A stretch of 56,514 nt of DNA from a virus (taxonomy: Duplodnaviria > Caudoviricetes): IMG/VR virus record IMGVR_UViG_3300025980_000030, positions 1-56,514 of that record. One strand, given 5' to 3'. The notes below the pieces were generated by a model. That model saw only the letters and a list, made by a program, of their open reading frames with translations. It searched no databases and was not told the DNA's origin. This document shows positions 1 to 8,352 of the stretch, one piece after another. Both the position numbers and the translations under genes were made by a program. How positions within the stretch are numbered: the first letter of the stretch is position 1; each line of letters opens with the position of its first letter.

Positions 1-1007
1 CGCTCGGCATCGTCGAGCAGAAGTCGCGCCGCCGGGTGCTGCGCGAGTTCAACCTCGGCAAGATTGATTGGCTCTCGAACTGCATGGTCTTGACCGAGGG
101 CTTCGACGCTCCGCGCGCCAAGGTCGCTGTGATCGCCCGCGCCACACAGAGCGCCTCGCTCTACGTGCAGATGGTCGGCCGCGTGCTGCGCCCGTTCCCC
201 GGTGCGATGCACGCCCTCGTTCTCGACGTCGTGGGCGCGACCGCGCAGCACGAGCTCGCCACGCTGGCCGTGCTCGGCGGCGACCGGCCGAAGGACGTCG
301 AGGGCAAGACGCTGCTCGACCTCTACGGCACGCCGTGCGACTACTGCATGACGCCCGCCGACGAGTGCGAGTGGGAGACCGGCGAGGCGTGCTGCGAGGA
401 CTGCTCGCACCGCCCGGCCGAGACCGACCGCGACGAGCTCGTCGCGCCGACGCTGATCAAGGCTATTGACGCCGACCTGTTCGCCGGTTCCCGGCAGCAA
501 TGGTTGCAGACCTACGCGGGCTATTGGTTCCTGCCCGCGGGCGACCGCGTGATCGCCATCGCCCCCCGGCCCGGGGGCGAGCCTGTCCTCCCGGAGCATT
601 CCGGCGATGGCGAGGATGAGTGCGCGGGCTGCTCGTGCCACCTCGGGTACGCCCCGTGCTCGCACTGTGAGGGGTGCTGGGAGGACCAGCCGGACGGTTA
701 CGACGTCATCTGGGCGTGGCAGGACCGGCGCGGGGGCGACTTCCTCGTGCGGGCCGTGCCCGACCTCGGCTACGCGATGGCGCAGGGCGAAGCCTCGATC
801 ACGGTCGAGGAAGAGGTGCTTGCGCGCAAGGCTGGCGCGTGGCGCAAGCGCAAGGCCACCGAGAAGCAGATCAGCTATTGCAGGTCTCTGGGGATCTTCA
901 GGGACGAGATGACGTCGTGGCGGGCCGGGCAGGTCGCCGACGAGATCAGCCGCCGCAAGGCGAGCGCTCGCGTCGACAAGATGATCACGAAGAGGATCGA
1001 GGGCTGA
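1..1007 (+). CDS. Superfamily II (DEAD/DEAH-like) helicase, C-terminal part; 5' truncated
   Basis: Helicase C motifs NCMVLTEGFDAP and LYVQMVGRVLR; C-terminal WRKRKATEKQ tail; two Cys-rich insertions. Confidence 0.85.
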   Translation, partial: LGIVEQKSRRRVLREFNLGKIDWLSNCMVLTEGFDAPRAKVAVIARATQSASLYVQMVGRVLRPFPGAMHALVLDVVGATAQHELATLAVLGGDRPKDVEGKTLLDLYGTPCDYCMTPADECEWETGEACCEDCSHRPAETDRDELVAPTLIKAIDADLFAGSRQQWLQTYAGYWFLPAGDRVIAIAPRPGGEPVLPEHSGDGEDECAGCSCHLGYAPCSHCEGCWEDQPDGYDVIWAWQDRRGGDFLVRAVPDLGYAMAQGEASITVEEEVLARKAGAWRKRKATEKQISYCRSLGIFRDEMTSWRAGQVADEISRRKASARVDKMITKRIEG

Positions 1008-1009
1008 CG

Positions 1010-1387
1010 ATGAGGATCTTCGGGCGCTACGACGTCCTCGGCCGCTGCACGCTGTGCCGCCGCCGCAGGCTCGCGCCGGTCAACCTCGGGCTCGACATCT
1101 GGGCGTGCGCCGCGTGCGTGGCCCTTGTGAACGCCGCCGCCAGCGCGCCGCGCGACCCCGAGTCGATCCCGTTCGTCGGCGGTCCGCTCGCCGGTGCCGT
1201 GATCAGCGAGTGGCGCGGCGAACCGTCGCCCGAGCTGTACCTCGTGCGGGGACACGATGACCTCGCGGCGTCGCTGCCGACCGACCGGCCGCCGTGCGGC
1301 ATCCCGCGGGAAGAGCTCGGGTGGTACGCCTTCGACGACAGCTCGCTCGGCGCCTACCGGTGGCAGGGGTGGCTCGGTGGCGAGTAG
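1010..1387 (+). CDS. Hypothetical protein with CxxC pairs
   Basis: ATG 2 nt after the helicase stop, RBS GAGGG; CTLC and CAAC. Confidence 0.55.
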   Translation: MRIFGRYDVLGRCTLCRRRRLAPVNLGLDIWACAACVALVNAAASAPRDPESIPFVGGPLAGAVISEWRGEPSPELYLVRGHDDLAASLPTDRPPCGIPREELGWYAFDDSSLGAYRWQGWLGGE

Positions 1388-1592
1388 GGGCCGCGGGCTG
1401 GCGCGGTTGCGCCAGGCGACGGCGTGCTCGCGCAAGGAACGCCACGAGACCGGGGACAATGCCCGCCGGAAGATGCGCAAGGTGATCGCCGAGGGGGACG
1501 CCGCGCCGGGCTCGCTCAACGTCTACGCCTGCCGGGTGTGCAGTGGCTACCACGTGGGGCACACCCCCTCGCACCGGCGCGCCGACCCCTGA
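1377..1592 (+). CDS. Small phage Zn-binding protein
   Basis: C-x2-K-x-R ... YACRVCSGYHVGH pattern common in small phage proteins; GTG overlaps the upstream gene. Confidence 0.6.
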   Translation: MASRGRGLARLRQATACSRKERHETGDNARRKMRKVIAEGDAAPGSLNVYACRVCSGYHVGHTPSHRRADP

Positions 1593-1630
1593 TCGGCGCG
1601 CGAAAAATCAAAGAAGATGGAGGTATGGAG

Positions 1631-1825
1631 ATGAGCATTCCGACAGATGGCGATGCGCGTTCATTCGTTTTTTCCGTCCTGAGTGCGGTGACGGAGAACG
1701 AGCCGATAACGAATGAGGGACACATCGTCAAGAACGTAACCAAAGACGGGTGGATGATCGGTTTTGAATTGGAGGGAGTTGATGGTGTTCGCGTCTCCTT
1801 CTCGGTGAAGATTGATCAATCCTGA
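1631..1825 (+). CDS. Small low-GC hypothetical protein
   Basis: RBS GGAGG; visibly AT-richer than flanks; flanked by 10-bp direct repeat CCTGATCGGC. Confidence 0.6.
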   Translation: MSIPTDGDARSFVFSVLSAVTENEPITNEGHIVKNVTKDGWMIGFELEGVDGVRVSFSVKIDQS

Positions 1826-1835
1826 TCGGCACCGG

Positions 1836-1876
1836 TGCTGCACCCCCTTGAGATCATGCTCAAGGGGGTGTAGCAT
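1836..1876 (+). promoter_or_regulatory. Palindromic promoter element copy 1
   Basis: TGCTGCACCCCCTTG-N10-CAAGGGGGTGTAGCA; TTGAGA-17-TAGCAT. Confidence 0.8.
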
Positions 1877-1953
1877 TGTCCGCATCAAGCCGAAGAGGAG
1901 GGGCTAGAAATGAGGATCAAGGCTGCGGGTAGCTACCTGAAGCGAGGAAAGGC

Positions 1954-2886
1954 ATGACCGATACCCCGAAGCGGTTCCCGTACGGCGGCGGCCCGGCCCG
2001 TCGCTACGTCAACCCGCGCAGCGCCGCCGCCGCAGGCTTCGAGGTCGCTGAGCTGCCGGGCAGCGACACCTACTTCGAGCCGCCCTTCGACCACGAGACC
2101 GACGGCGCTCCCTCGCTCGCTGCCGAGCCGGGCGTCGAGATCGAACTCGACTTCGACGCCGAGTTCGGCGCGACCGCGGTCGCCCTCGAAGCCGCTGCCG
2201 CCGGGCCGTCCGGCGCCGGGCACCTCGCGATCAACGAGTTCGACTACGTGGGGTGGGAGTGCGGCTGCAAGGCCACGGCCAAGACCGGCATCCCCCCGCG
2301 GCACTACCGGCAGCGCCTGCCGGGCGACGAGGTCTCGCGCCATGGCACCGACTATATGATCATGGTGTTGCCCGGCAAGGGCGAGATCAAGCAGGCGAAG
2401 GGCGAGACGCAGGCGGACGACGCGGGCGACGACGAGCCCGCCGAGGCGGTCGAGTGCTCGACGTGGCGGCCCGCGGTGCGCTCGTGGAAGCGGGCGGGCC
2501 GCGACTGGACGAAGGGCAAGCACGGCATCAAGCCGGACGCCCCCGCGGCCGAGCCCGAGCCGTCCGCACCGGCGCAGCACCCGGCCGGGCCGACGAGCGC
2601 CATCGAGCCCGCCCGGGTGGCCGACTTCCCGGCCCGCTGCACGGCGAAGAGCCTCGCGGGCTACGCCGAGACGATGCTCAAGGTCTCGGGCCGGATGGCC
2701 GACGACGGGCCGATCGTGCACCGCCTGCGGCTGGCCGGGGCGACCCCGGACGGCGCCCGATGGGTCGCCGAATGGACCGACGGCAAGTTCGCCTCGGCAC
2801 GTTTCAATGGCAGCGAGGTCAACCTCGCCATGCTGCGCAAGGCGGTCAAGGCCGAAGGCGTCGCTGAGCAGATGACCTTGATCTGA
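1954..2886 (+). CDS. Hypothetical protein
   Basis: 310-aa ORF, RBS GAGGAAAGG, GC3-biased codons. Confidence 0.7.
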   Translation: MTDTPKRFPYGGGPARRYVNPRSAAAAGFEVAELPGSDTYFEPPFDHETDGAPSLAAEPGVEIELDFDAEFGATAVALEAAAAGPSGAGHLAINEFDYVGWECGCKATAKTGIPPRHYRQRLPGDEVSRHGTDYMIMVLPGKGEIKQAKGETQADDAGDDEPAEAVECSTWRPAVRSWKRAGRDWTKGKHGIKPDAPAAEPEPSAPAQHPAGPTSAIEPARVADFPARCTAKSLAGYAETMLKVSGRMADDGPIVHRLRLAGATPDGARWVAEWTDGKFASARFNGSEVNLAMLRKAVKAEGVAEQMTLI

Positions 2887-2907
2887 CCCAACGAGAGGGG
2901 CAGGACG

Positions 2908-3261
2908 ATGGCGACCGGCCACGAGCGCGAGACCGCCCGGCTACGAGTGCTGGCCCTGCGCAGACGCGACCATGAGGACGGCGAGCTCAGCGGGCAGCAG
3001 GTCGAGCAACTCGGCCTCGTGCTGCCCGAGCTGCACTGCGGTAGCTGCACGAACCGGATCATCTCCCTTATCTGCTGGGACGCCGAGCGAGGCTGCCTGA
3101 CGTGCATCCGGTGCGCGGCCACGCTGCATCGGCTCGACCCCGACGGCGATCGGTTCTACACGCTGTCGATCGAGGCGCGCGGGCAGATCCCCGGGATGGG
3201 CTACCTGCCGATCGGCGAGGCCCGCGAGATCCTGCTCAGGCTCGGGGCCCGCGAGCTGTAG
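2908..3261 (+). CDS. Hypothetical Zn-ribbon protein
   Basis: CGSC ... CIRC; RBS GAGGGG/AGGA. Confidence 0.6.
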   Translation: MATGHERETARLRVLALRRRDHEDGELSGQQVEQLGLVLPELHCGSCTNRIISLICWDAERGCLTCIRCAATLHRLDPDGDRFYTLSIEARGQIPGMGYLPIGEAREILLRLGAREL

Positions 3262-3374
3262 CGATACACACGTCAACGTGCCCGGCTGGGCAGCGCGGGG
3301 TAGCCTGGTCGGGCTTCCTGACGCCCAGGGCAGCGTCGCGGTGGCTTGCCGGTCGTCACTCTCGGGGGAGCACG

Positions 3375-3411
3375 AGAACGGCCACTACCTCGTCGAGGTA
3401 GTGGCCGTTCT
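3375..3411. terminator. Probable bidirectional terminator hairpin
   Basis: 17-bp perfect stem AGAACGGCCACTACCTC/GAGGTAGTGGCCGTTCT between convergent genes. Confidence 0.7.
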
Positions 3412-3444
3412 GCGTCCTGCGAGCGCCCGTGGGGGGCCGGGCGC

Positions 3445-3720
3445 TCAGCCGGACGTCTCGGGGGTCTCGGGCTGCTCTCGCGTGATGTTACCGACCGTGG
3501 TCTGCGAGACGCCGAGCACCTTCGCGATCCGGTACTTGGTCACCCGGTAGCGACCGTGCAGGCCGAGAACGTCCGCCCGGCGGGCCGTGAGCAGGACGTC
3601 GAGCTCGGCCTGCTTCCTATCGATCTTCCTCTGCGTGCTGAGCGCCCGGTCGAGCATGGCCTGCCCCTCGGCGTCGAGGCCGAGCTGTCGAACGAGCGCG
3701 TCCTGCGCCGATGCGGTCAT
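3445..3720 (-). CDS. Small HTH DNA-binding protein
   Basis: C-terminal HTH TKYRIAKVLGVSQTTVGNI; purine-rich RBS; only minus-strand gene called in the left arm. Confidence 0.75.
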   Translation of the reverse strand: MTASAQDALVRQLGLDAEGQAMLDRALSTQRKIDRKQAELDVLLTARRADVLGLHGRYRVTKYRIAKVLGVSQTTVGNITREQPETPETSG

Positions 3721-3773
3721 TCCCTGCCTTCCCTTTCGTCGGTGTGCGGCACGACGCCGCACCTTCGAGGAAC

Positions 3774-3820
3774 ACGATAAACCGCACCCCCTTGAGTATG
3801 CAAGGGGGTGCGTGTACGGT
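3774..3820. promoter_or_regulatory. Palindromic promoter element copy 2, bidirectional, 6-nt spacer
   Basis: GCACCCCCTTG-N6-CAAGGGGGTGC; + strand TTGAGT-17-TACGGT, - strand TTGCAT-18-TATCGT. Confidence 0.75.
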
Positions 3821-3860
3821 GCTAGTAGAAGCTACTGACTCCAACCCCCCGGGGGAGAGA

Positions 3861-4328
3861 ATGATCTCGACAGACCTGATCGGCTACGGCCTCGCGGCCG
3901 GGATGGGCTTCGCGTGCGGGCAGGCCCCGAACACGGCCCGGCTCTATTGGCGCTTCATCGCCGTTCCGATCGGCATCATCGGCTCCGCGGCTCTGCTCGT
4001 GCTGCACGACGAGTCCCTGTTCTCGCTCGCGGGCCGGCTCTTCGTGGCCGCCGTGGTCGGCGTCGTACTCGGCCTGATCGTGGACTTCGGTCCGTGGCGG
4101 CCCGGCCGTGGCGACGACAGCGACGAGACACCCGAGCCGCCCTACGACCCCGAGGATCACAAGCCCGAGGGCGAGCCCGTGATCGACGAGGTTCCCCCGG
4201 CGCACACCGAGCGCGCCGCTGCATCGGTCGACGACCTCGATCTGTGGGCCGACTTCGAGGCCGCCCCGCCCGCACCGGCCGAGCCGGTCCGCGCGCCCGT
4301 CGAGCAGCGTCGGGGGCGGCGGGACTGA
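3861..4328 (+). CDS. Membrane protein with acidic/Pro-rich C-terminus
   Basis: RBS GGGGGAG; about 3 hydrophobic segments. Confidence 0.65.
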   Translation: MISTDLIGYGLAAGMGFACGQAPNTARLYWRFIAVPIGIIGSAALLVLHDESLFSLAGRLFVAAVVGVVLGLIVDFGPWRPGRGDDSDETPEPPYDPEDHKPEGEPVIDEVPPAHTERAAASVDDLDLWADFEAAPPAPAEPVRAPVEQRRGRRD

Positions 4329-4891
4329 TGAAGGTGATCAAGGCCATGACCCGGCGCCTCGTGCAGGTGCCGGGTCTGGTCACGCTCGGGCACTACGCGG
4401 GCTGGCCCTGCGCGCTGCTGGCGCTCGCGATGCGGGTCGCCGCGGTGCTGTGGGGCTACGCCGCCTGCTATGCCGTCGGTGCCCTGCTGGCGCCCTTCCT
4501 GCTCGCTCTGCTGGCCCACGGCTCGGGCATCTGCCCGCGGGGCGCCTGCGGCGTCCTGATGAGCGCCACGCCGACCGACGAGGCCGCGCGCTACCGGTGG
4601 TGGCTGCACCACGTGCACCACCAACTCACGAGCAAGGTCACGTGGGCCCTGCTCGCCTCGTGGTTTGTGATCACCTTCGTGATCGTGAACCCCATCCTCT
4701 CCGCCGTCCCCGTGATCGCCCTGCTCTTCGTCGAGCTTCGGGCGATCCGGCTGCACTCGTGCCTGCGCCCTTGGTGCCCGTGGTGCAACGGGCGCGGCGG
4801 TCACGACGACGGTCCGGTCGAACCGGACCCGACCGGCGGGCTCTCCCGGCCGGTCCCACCGGAAAGGATCAAGGAATATGCACACCGATGA
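4328..4891 (+). CDS. Membrane protein with His/Cys motifs
   Basis: TGATG coupling; hydrophobic segments; CPRGAC, HHVHH, HSCLRPWCPWC. Confidence 0.65.
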   Translation: MKVIKAMTRRLVQVPGLVTLGHYAGWPCALLALAMRVAAVLWGYAACYAVGALLAPFLLALLAHGSGICPRGACGVLMSATPTDEAARYRWWLHHVHHQLTSKVTWALLASWFVITFVIVNPILSAVPVIALLFVELRAIRLHSCLRPWCPWCNGRGGHDDGPVEPDPTGGLSRPVPPERIKEYAHR

Positions 4892-5636
4892 CGAGGGTGT
4901 CGTTCACCCGCTCGTGCTCGCGCCTGAGGTCGAGTCGGCCGACGTCCACCATGCCTCGTGCGAGACCTGCGGGTCGAGGTGGGCCGGGCCCTTCAAGACC
5001 CCGGCGATGGCGGCCAAGGTCGCGCAGCTCGCGAACGCGAGCGCCTACTACGACCTGCCCGCCCGGGTGCGCCCGGCCGGGTCCGGTCTGTGTCACGGCC
5101 CGGACGGCCTGCCGGTCGGCACGCCCGGCGCCATGCTGGCCGAGAGCCCGGTGCCGCAGCACGTGCAACTCGGGCAGGCCGCGGGCGACATCGGCAAGAC
5201 GCTGCTGTTCGTCGGCTACGGCGTCTTCGCCGTGACGCGGGTCGTCACCCTGTTCACGATCGGCGTCGTGCGGCTGGCGATCCGGCTCGGGATGTGGGGT
5301 GCGGTCGTGGTCGGCGCGTTCGCGCTCGCGGCCTACCTCGGGTTGCAGGCTGCCGACCCGTACGTGCCGGACGCCGCCACGCTGGCCTCAGTACTCATCA
5401 GTGCGACCGGCGTCCTCGTGGCGGTCGGCCTCGTCGTGCTGCTGGCCCAAGGGCTGCGCGGCAAGCTCGCCGAGCCGGTGCCCGCGCCGGTCGAGAACAT
5501 CGCCCAAACGGACTACTCCACCCCCTTGACTACTGCCGGGGGTGCGAGTAGTGTTTCACCTGTCAGCAAGACCGAGGACAACTCAACAGCCCCACCTCTC
5601 GCCCGGCGCGAGGACCGGCCTAGCGGCCGAAACTGA
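4878..5636 (+). CDS. Membrane protein with N-terminal CxxC
   Basis: RBS AAGGA; CETC; three hydrophobic segments; 3' end runs through promoter copy 3. Confidence 0.6.
   Translation: MHTDDEGVVHPLVLAPEVESADVHHASCETCGSRWAGPFKTPAMAAKVAQLANASAYYDLPARVRPAGSGLCHGPDGLPVGTPGAMLAESPVPQHVQLGQAAGDIGKTLLFVGYGVFAVTRVVTLFTIGVVRLAIRLGMWGAVVVGAFALAAYLGLQAADPYVPDAATLASVLISATGVLVAVGLVVLLAQGLRGKLAEPVPAPVENIAQTDYSTPLTTAGGASSVSPVSKTEDNSTAPPLARREDRPSGRN
5512..5554 (+). promoter_or_regulatory. Palindromic promoter element copy 3 (degenerate)
   Basis: ACTACTCCACCCCCTTG ... CCGGGGGTGCGAGTAGT; TTGACT-17-TAGTGT. Confidence 0.65.
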
Positions 5637-5741
5637 GGACCGCCGGGTAGCCACCCCGAAGGGGGCCGCGGAAAGAGGGGAGTCGGGGCGACGCCCCCGG
5701 GCCGCCCGGCCCGGGGGCACTGCTCACCAGAGGGAGTACCG

Positions 5742-6137
5742 ATGGCAGGCACCACCCGAGCCACGAGTAGGGCGGCCAAGACCGCAGGTCCGGGCGAGAT
5801 CCTCGTTTCGATCAACGGCGAGCTCACCCCCTGCCGCGAGCGGCAGGCCGAGTTCGACGCCTTCCTGTCGCGGGCCGGACGCCCGTCGGCCGCCTGGTCG
5901 GCGAACACCACGGCCGGGGTGACGCTGGCCCGGACGCAGGGCGCCGAGGCGATCGAGCTGTGGGCGCACCCGGACGGCCAGAGCACCGGGCACGTGCTGC
6001 TCGTGCGCTTCACCCGCAAGACGAACGGCACGGTGCCGTTCGCCGAGGTCGTCGGGGCGGCCCGCCTGCCGGGCGCGCCGGTGGCCGAGGCGGCCGCCGT
6101 TGTCACCGAGCCGACCGGCGACGAGCCGGTCGAGTAG
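5742..6137 (+). CDS. Hypothetical protein
   Basis: RBS GAGGGAG, 131 aa. Confidence 0.65.
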   Translation: MAGTTRATSRAAKTAGPGEILVSINGELTPCRERQAEFDAFLSRAGRPSAAWSANTTAGVTLARTQGAEAIELWAHPDGQSTGHVLLVRFTRKTNGTVPFAEVVGAARLPGAPVAEAAAVVTEPTGDEPVE

Positions 6138-6170
6138 CACCCCCGAGAGAAGATGGAGAGGAAGCCAGTC

Positions 6171-6344
6171 ATGCGAGTGATCCATCTGAGCCCCAACGAG
6201 GCGCTCGTCGTCCTCGACGCGGTGCACGACGCCACCGAGCGCGGGCTGTCCGTCCGCGTCGCGGACGACGAGGGTTCGTTCAAGGTCAAGATCGGCTACG
6301 GCGCCTGGTCGCCCCCGCTCGGCGTGGTCGAGGTGGACGACTGA
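6171..6344 (+). CDS. Small hypothetical protein
   Basis: RBS GGAGAGGA; coupled to the next gene. Confidence 0.55.
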   Translation: MRVIHLSPNEALVVLDAVHDATERGLSVRVADDEGSFKVKIGYGAWSPPLGVVEVDD

Positions 6345-6538
6345 TGAAGCGCGAGGCGCGCACGCTCGCCGGGTCCGGGGTCGCTGTAGCAGCCCTCGGG
6401 ATCGGCGCGCACGTATTCACGTGGGGCAACCCGGTCGCCGACAAGATCACGATGTGGGTGTTCATCGTTGGTGCCGTGCTCAGCATGATTGGCTACCTCG
6501 CCGGAGCGGGCGACAGCGAGGGGAGCGAGGGGTCATGA
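6344..6538 (+). CDS. Small 2-TM membrane protein
   Basis: TGATG coupling; two hydrophobic helices. Confidence 0.6.
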   Translation: MKREARTLAGSGVAVAALGIGAHVFTWGNPVADKITMWVFIVGAVLSMIGYLAGAGDSEGSEGS

Positions 6539-6669
6539 AGTGCGACGAGTGCGGCTTCGAACTGCCCGGCGACTGGCCGGTTCCGGCCGGGGACAAGGTG
6601 CTGCGCGTGCCGTGCCTGCGCCGGGCGATGGGCGGCGGTACGGACCGCGGCGGGGTGATGACCCCGTGA
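6535..6669 (+). CDS. Small hypothetical protein (CDEC)
   Basis: ATGA overlap, RBS GAGGGG. Confidence 0.4.
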   Translation: MKCDECGFELPGDWPVPAGDKVLRVPCLRRAMGGGTDRGGVMTP

Positions 6670-7082
6670 GCGGCCTCGGGGGCTCGATGGTGTGGCGGCA
6701 CCTCGACGACACGGAATGCCTGCACGCGCTCGCGAAGGACGAGTGGGCGCCCGACGGCTACTACTGCGCGGTCACGCACTCCGACGTGCTGCTCGACGAC
6801 GGCGGGCCGAACACCGGCCGGATCACGGTCGTGCTCAACAACGACGAGGGCCGGCTCACCCCCGACGAGCCGCTGCGCCCGGTGTTCCCGCAGACGTTGC
6901 CGCCCCCGAGCAGGTACCTCGACGGCCCGGCGGGGCGCAGGCGGCACCGGGCGGACACCCCGGACATGTCCCCGACGTGGCCGGAAGCGCTCGCCCACGT
7001 CGGGATGTGGGCGGTCTTCTCCGGGATCATCGTTGGCATCCTGTCCGGGGTTGTGTGGGGCGCGCTGTACCTGCTGAGCTAG
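6666..7082 (+). CDS. Hypothetical protein with C-terminal TM helix
   Basis: GTGA overlap; hydrophobic C-terminus. Confidence 0.55.
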   Translation: MSGLGGSMVWRHLDDTECLHALAKDEWAPDGYYCAVTHSDVLLDDGGPNTGRITVVLNNDEGRLTPDEPLRPVFPQTLPPPSRYLDGPAGRRRHRADTPDMSPTWPEALAHVGMWAVFSGIIVGILSGVVWGALYLLS

Positions 7083-7103
7083 GCCCGGCCCGCGCGCTCG
7101 GCC

Positions 7104-7161
7104 GGGGCGCGCGGTCCGCACTACACCCCCTTGCGCACATGCTCAAGGGGGTGTAGTGTTT
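7104..7161 (+). repeat. 58-bp direct repeat copy A, containing palindromic promoter copy 4 (7119-7159)
   Basis: Matches 7736-7793 with 1 mismatch; CACTACACCCCCTTG-N10-CAAGGGGGTGTAGTG; TTGCGC-17-TAGTGT. Confidence 0.9.
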
Positions 7162-7166
7162 TCTTT

Positions 7167-7736
7167 ATGACGATTTCCAGAAACATCGCTCTTGCCGCCA
7201 TCGCATTGGACGTCCAGCCGCTGCCGGACCTGTCCGGGGCCAAACTGTCCGGGGCCGACCTGTCCAGGGCCAACCTGTCCAGGGCCAACCTGTCCGAGGC
7301 CGACCTGTCCGGGGCCGACCTGTCCGGGGCCGACCTGTCCGGGGCCAACCTGTCCAGGGCCAACCTGTCCGGGGCCAACCTGTCCGAGGCCAACCTGTCC
7401 GGGGCCTATCTGTCCAGGGCCAACCTGTCCGAGGCCAACCTGTCCGAAGCCAACCTGTCCGGGGCCTATCCGTTCGGGGCCAACCTGTCCGAGGCCAACC
7501 TGTCCGGGGCCAACCTGTCCGAAGCCAACCTGTCCAGGGCCGACCTGTCCAGGGCCGACCTGTCCGGGGCCGACCTGTCCGGGGCCGACCTGTCCGGGGC
7601 CAACCTGTCCGAGGCCAACCTGTCCGGGGCCAACCTGTCCGGGGCCAACCTGTCCGGGGCCAACCTGTCCGAGGCCGACCTGTCCAGGGCCTATCTGTTC
7701 ATCGGCGGGGTGAAGTTCGAGGTCAGACGCGCGTAG
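7167..7736 (+). CDS. Pentapeptide repeat protein, probably leaderless
   Basis: About 30 A(D/N)LS(G/R/E) repeats encoded by a 15-bp tandem unit; ATG 7 nt after the -10 box. Confidence 0.9.
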   Translation: MTISRNIALAAIALDVQPLPDLSGAKLSGADLSRANLSRANLSEADLSGADLSGADLSGANLSRANLSGANLSEANLSGAYLSRANLSEANLSEANLSGAYPFGANLSEANLSGANLSEANLSRADLSRADLSGADLSGADLSGANLSEANLSGANLSGANLSGANLSEADLSRAYLFIGGVKFEVRRA

Positions 7737-7793
7737 GGGCGCGCGGTCCGCACTACACCCCCTTGCGCATATGCTCAAGGGGGTGTAGTGTTT
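7736..7793 (+). repeat. 58-bp direct repeat copy B, containing palindromic promoter copy 5 (7751-7791)
   Basis: Matches 7104-7161; TTGCGC-17-TAGTGT. Confidence 0.9.
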
Positions 7794-7832
7794 CTCAGGT
7801 AGGGCACCGTCCATCCGACGAAGGGCTCACCG

Positions 7833-8150
7833 ATGGCAGAGACGCCGCAGCGAGCGCGCCACCCGCACGATGTGATCCGAAGCAAGGCGCTCGTGATCCT
7901 CATGGACAAGCAGGACCCGGCGCCGGACCCGGCCGGGTGGAGCATCTCCGACACGGGCACCGTGTGGACCGAGATCGTGGCGTTCCCCGGTACGGCGCGC
8001 GAGCGCCGCACGCAGGTGATCGCGCTCTCGCCAGGCTGTCTGCTGCTCGTCATTCCGTTGCTTTACGACCCCGAGTTCACGAGCACAGTCGAGGACTTCG
8101 CCACCCTTGCGGGTGCCGAGGCTCACTGGAAAGGATTTTCAAGTGTCTGA
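7833..8150 (+). CDS. Hypothetical protein
   Basis: RBS GAAGGG, first gene after promoter copy 5. Confidence 0.6.
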   Translation: MAETPQRARHPHDVIRSKALVILMDKQDPAPDPAGWSISDTGTVWTEIVAFPGTARERRTQVIALSPGCLLLVIPLLYDPEFTSTVEDFATLAGAEAHWKGFSSV

Positions 8151-8352
8151 CCGCGAAGAGTCGCGCATCGAGCGCGTGCCGGGGCAGGTGAGCGCGTTCG
8201 AGCACGCAACGCGCCGCGCGCTGGCCCGCCTGATCGAGGGCGGCACCACGGCCGAGGCGAGCCGCGAGTTCCTGTCGTGGCCGAGCCGGGCCGACAAGCA
8301 GTGGGGGGTCGCGCTCGCCGAGACCCTCGCCGAGGCGGTGCGTCGCTCATGA
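8143..8352 (+). CDS. Hypothetical protein
   Basis: GTG start with RBS AAAGGA, overlapping the upstream stop. Confidence 0.5.
   Translation: MSDREESRIERVPGQVSAFEHATRRALARLIEGGTTAEASREFLSWPSRADKQWGVALAETLAEAVRRS

Noticed and set aside
3262-3370. tRNA or other ncRNA in this intergenic gap
   Set aside because: Only short GC-rich stems; no cloverleaf or T-loop consensus. No tRNA or rRNA was recognised anywhere in the window
5610-5640. Hammerhead ribozyme suggested by a stem followed by GAAAC
   Set aside because: The required CUGANGA core 5' of stem II is absent
7121-7814. Alternative-frame repeat ORFs (QVGPG, PTCPG, DRLAP)
   Set aside because: Shadow translations of the 15-bp pentapeptide repeat; only the A(D/N)LS frame matches a known family and the promoter
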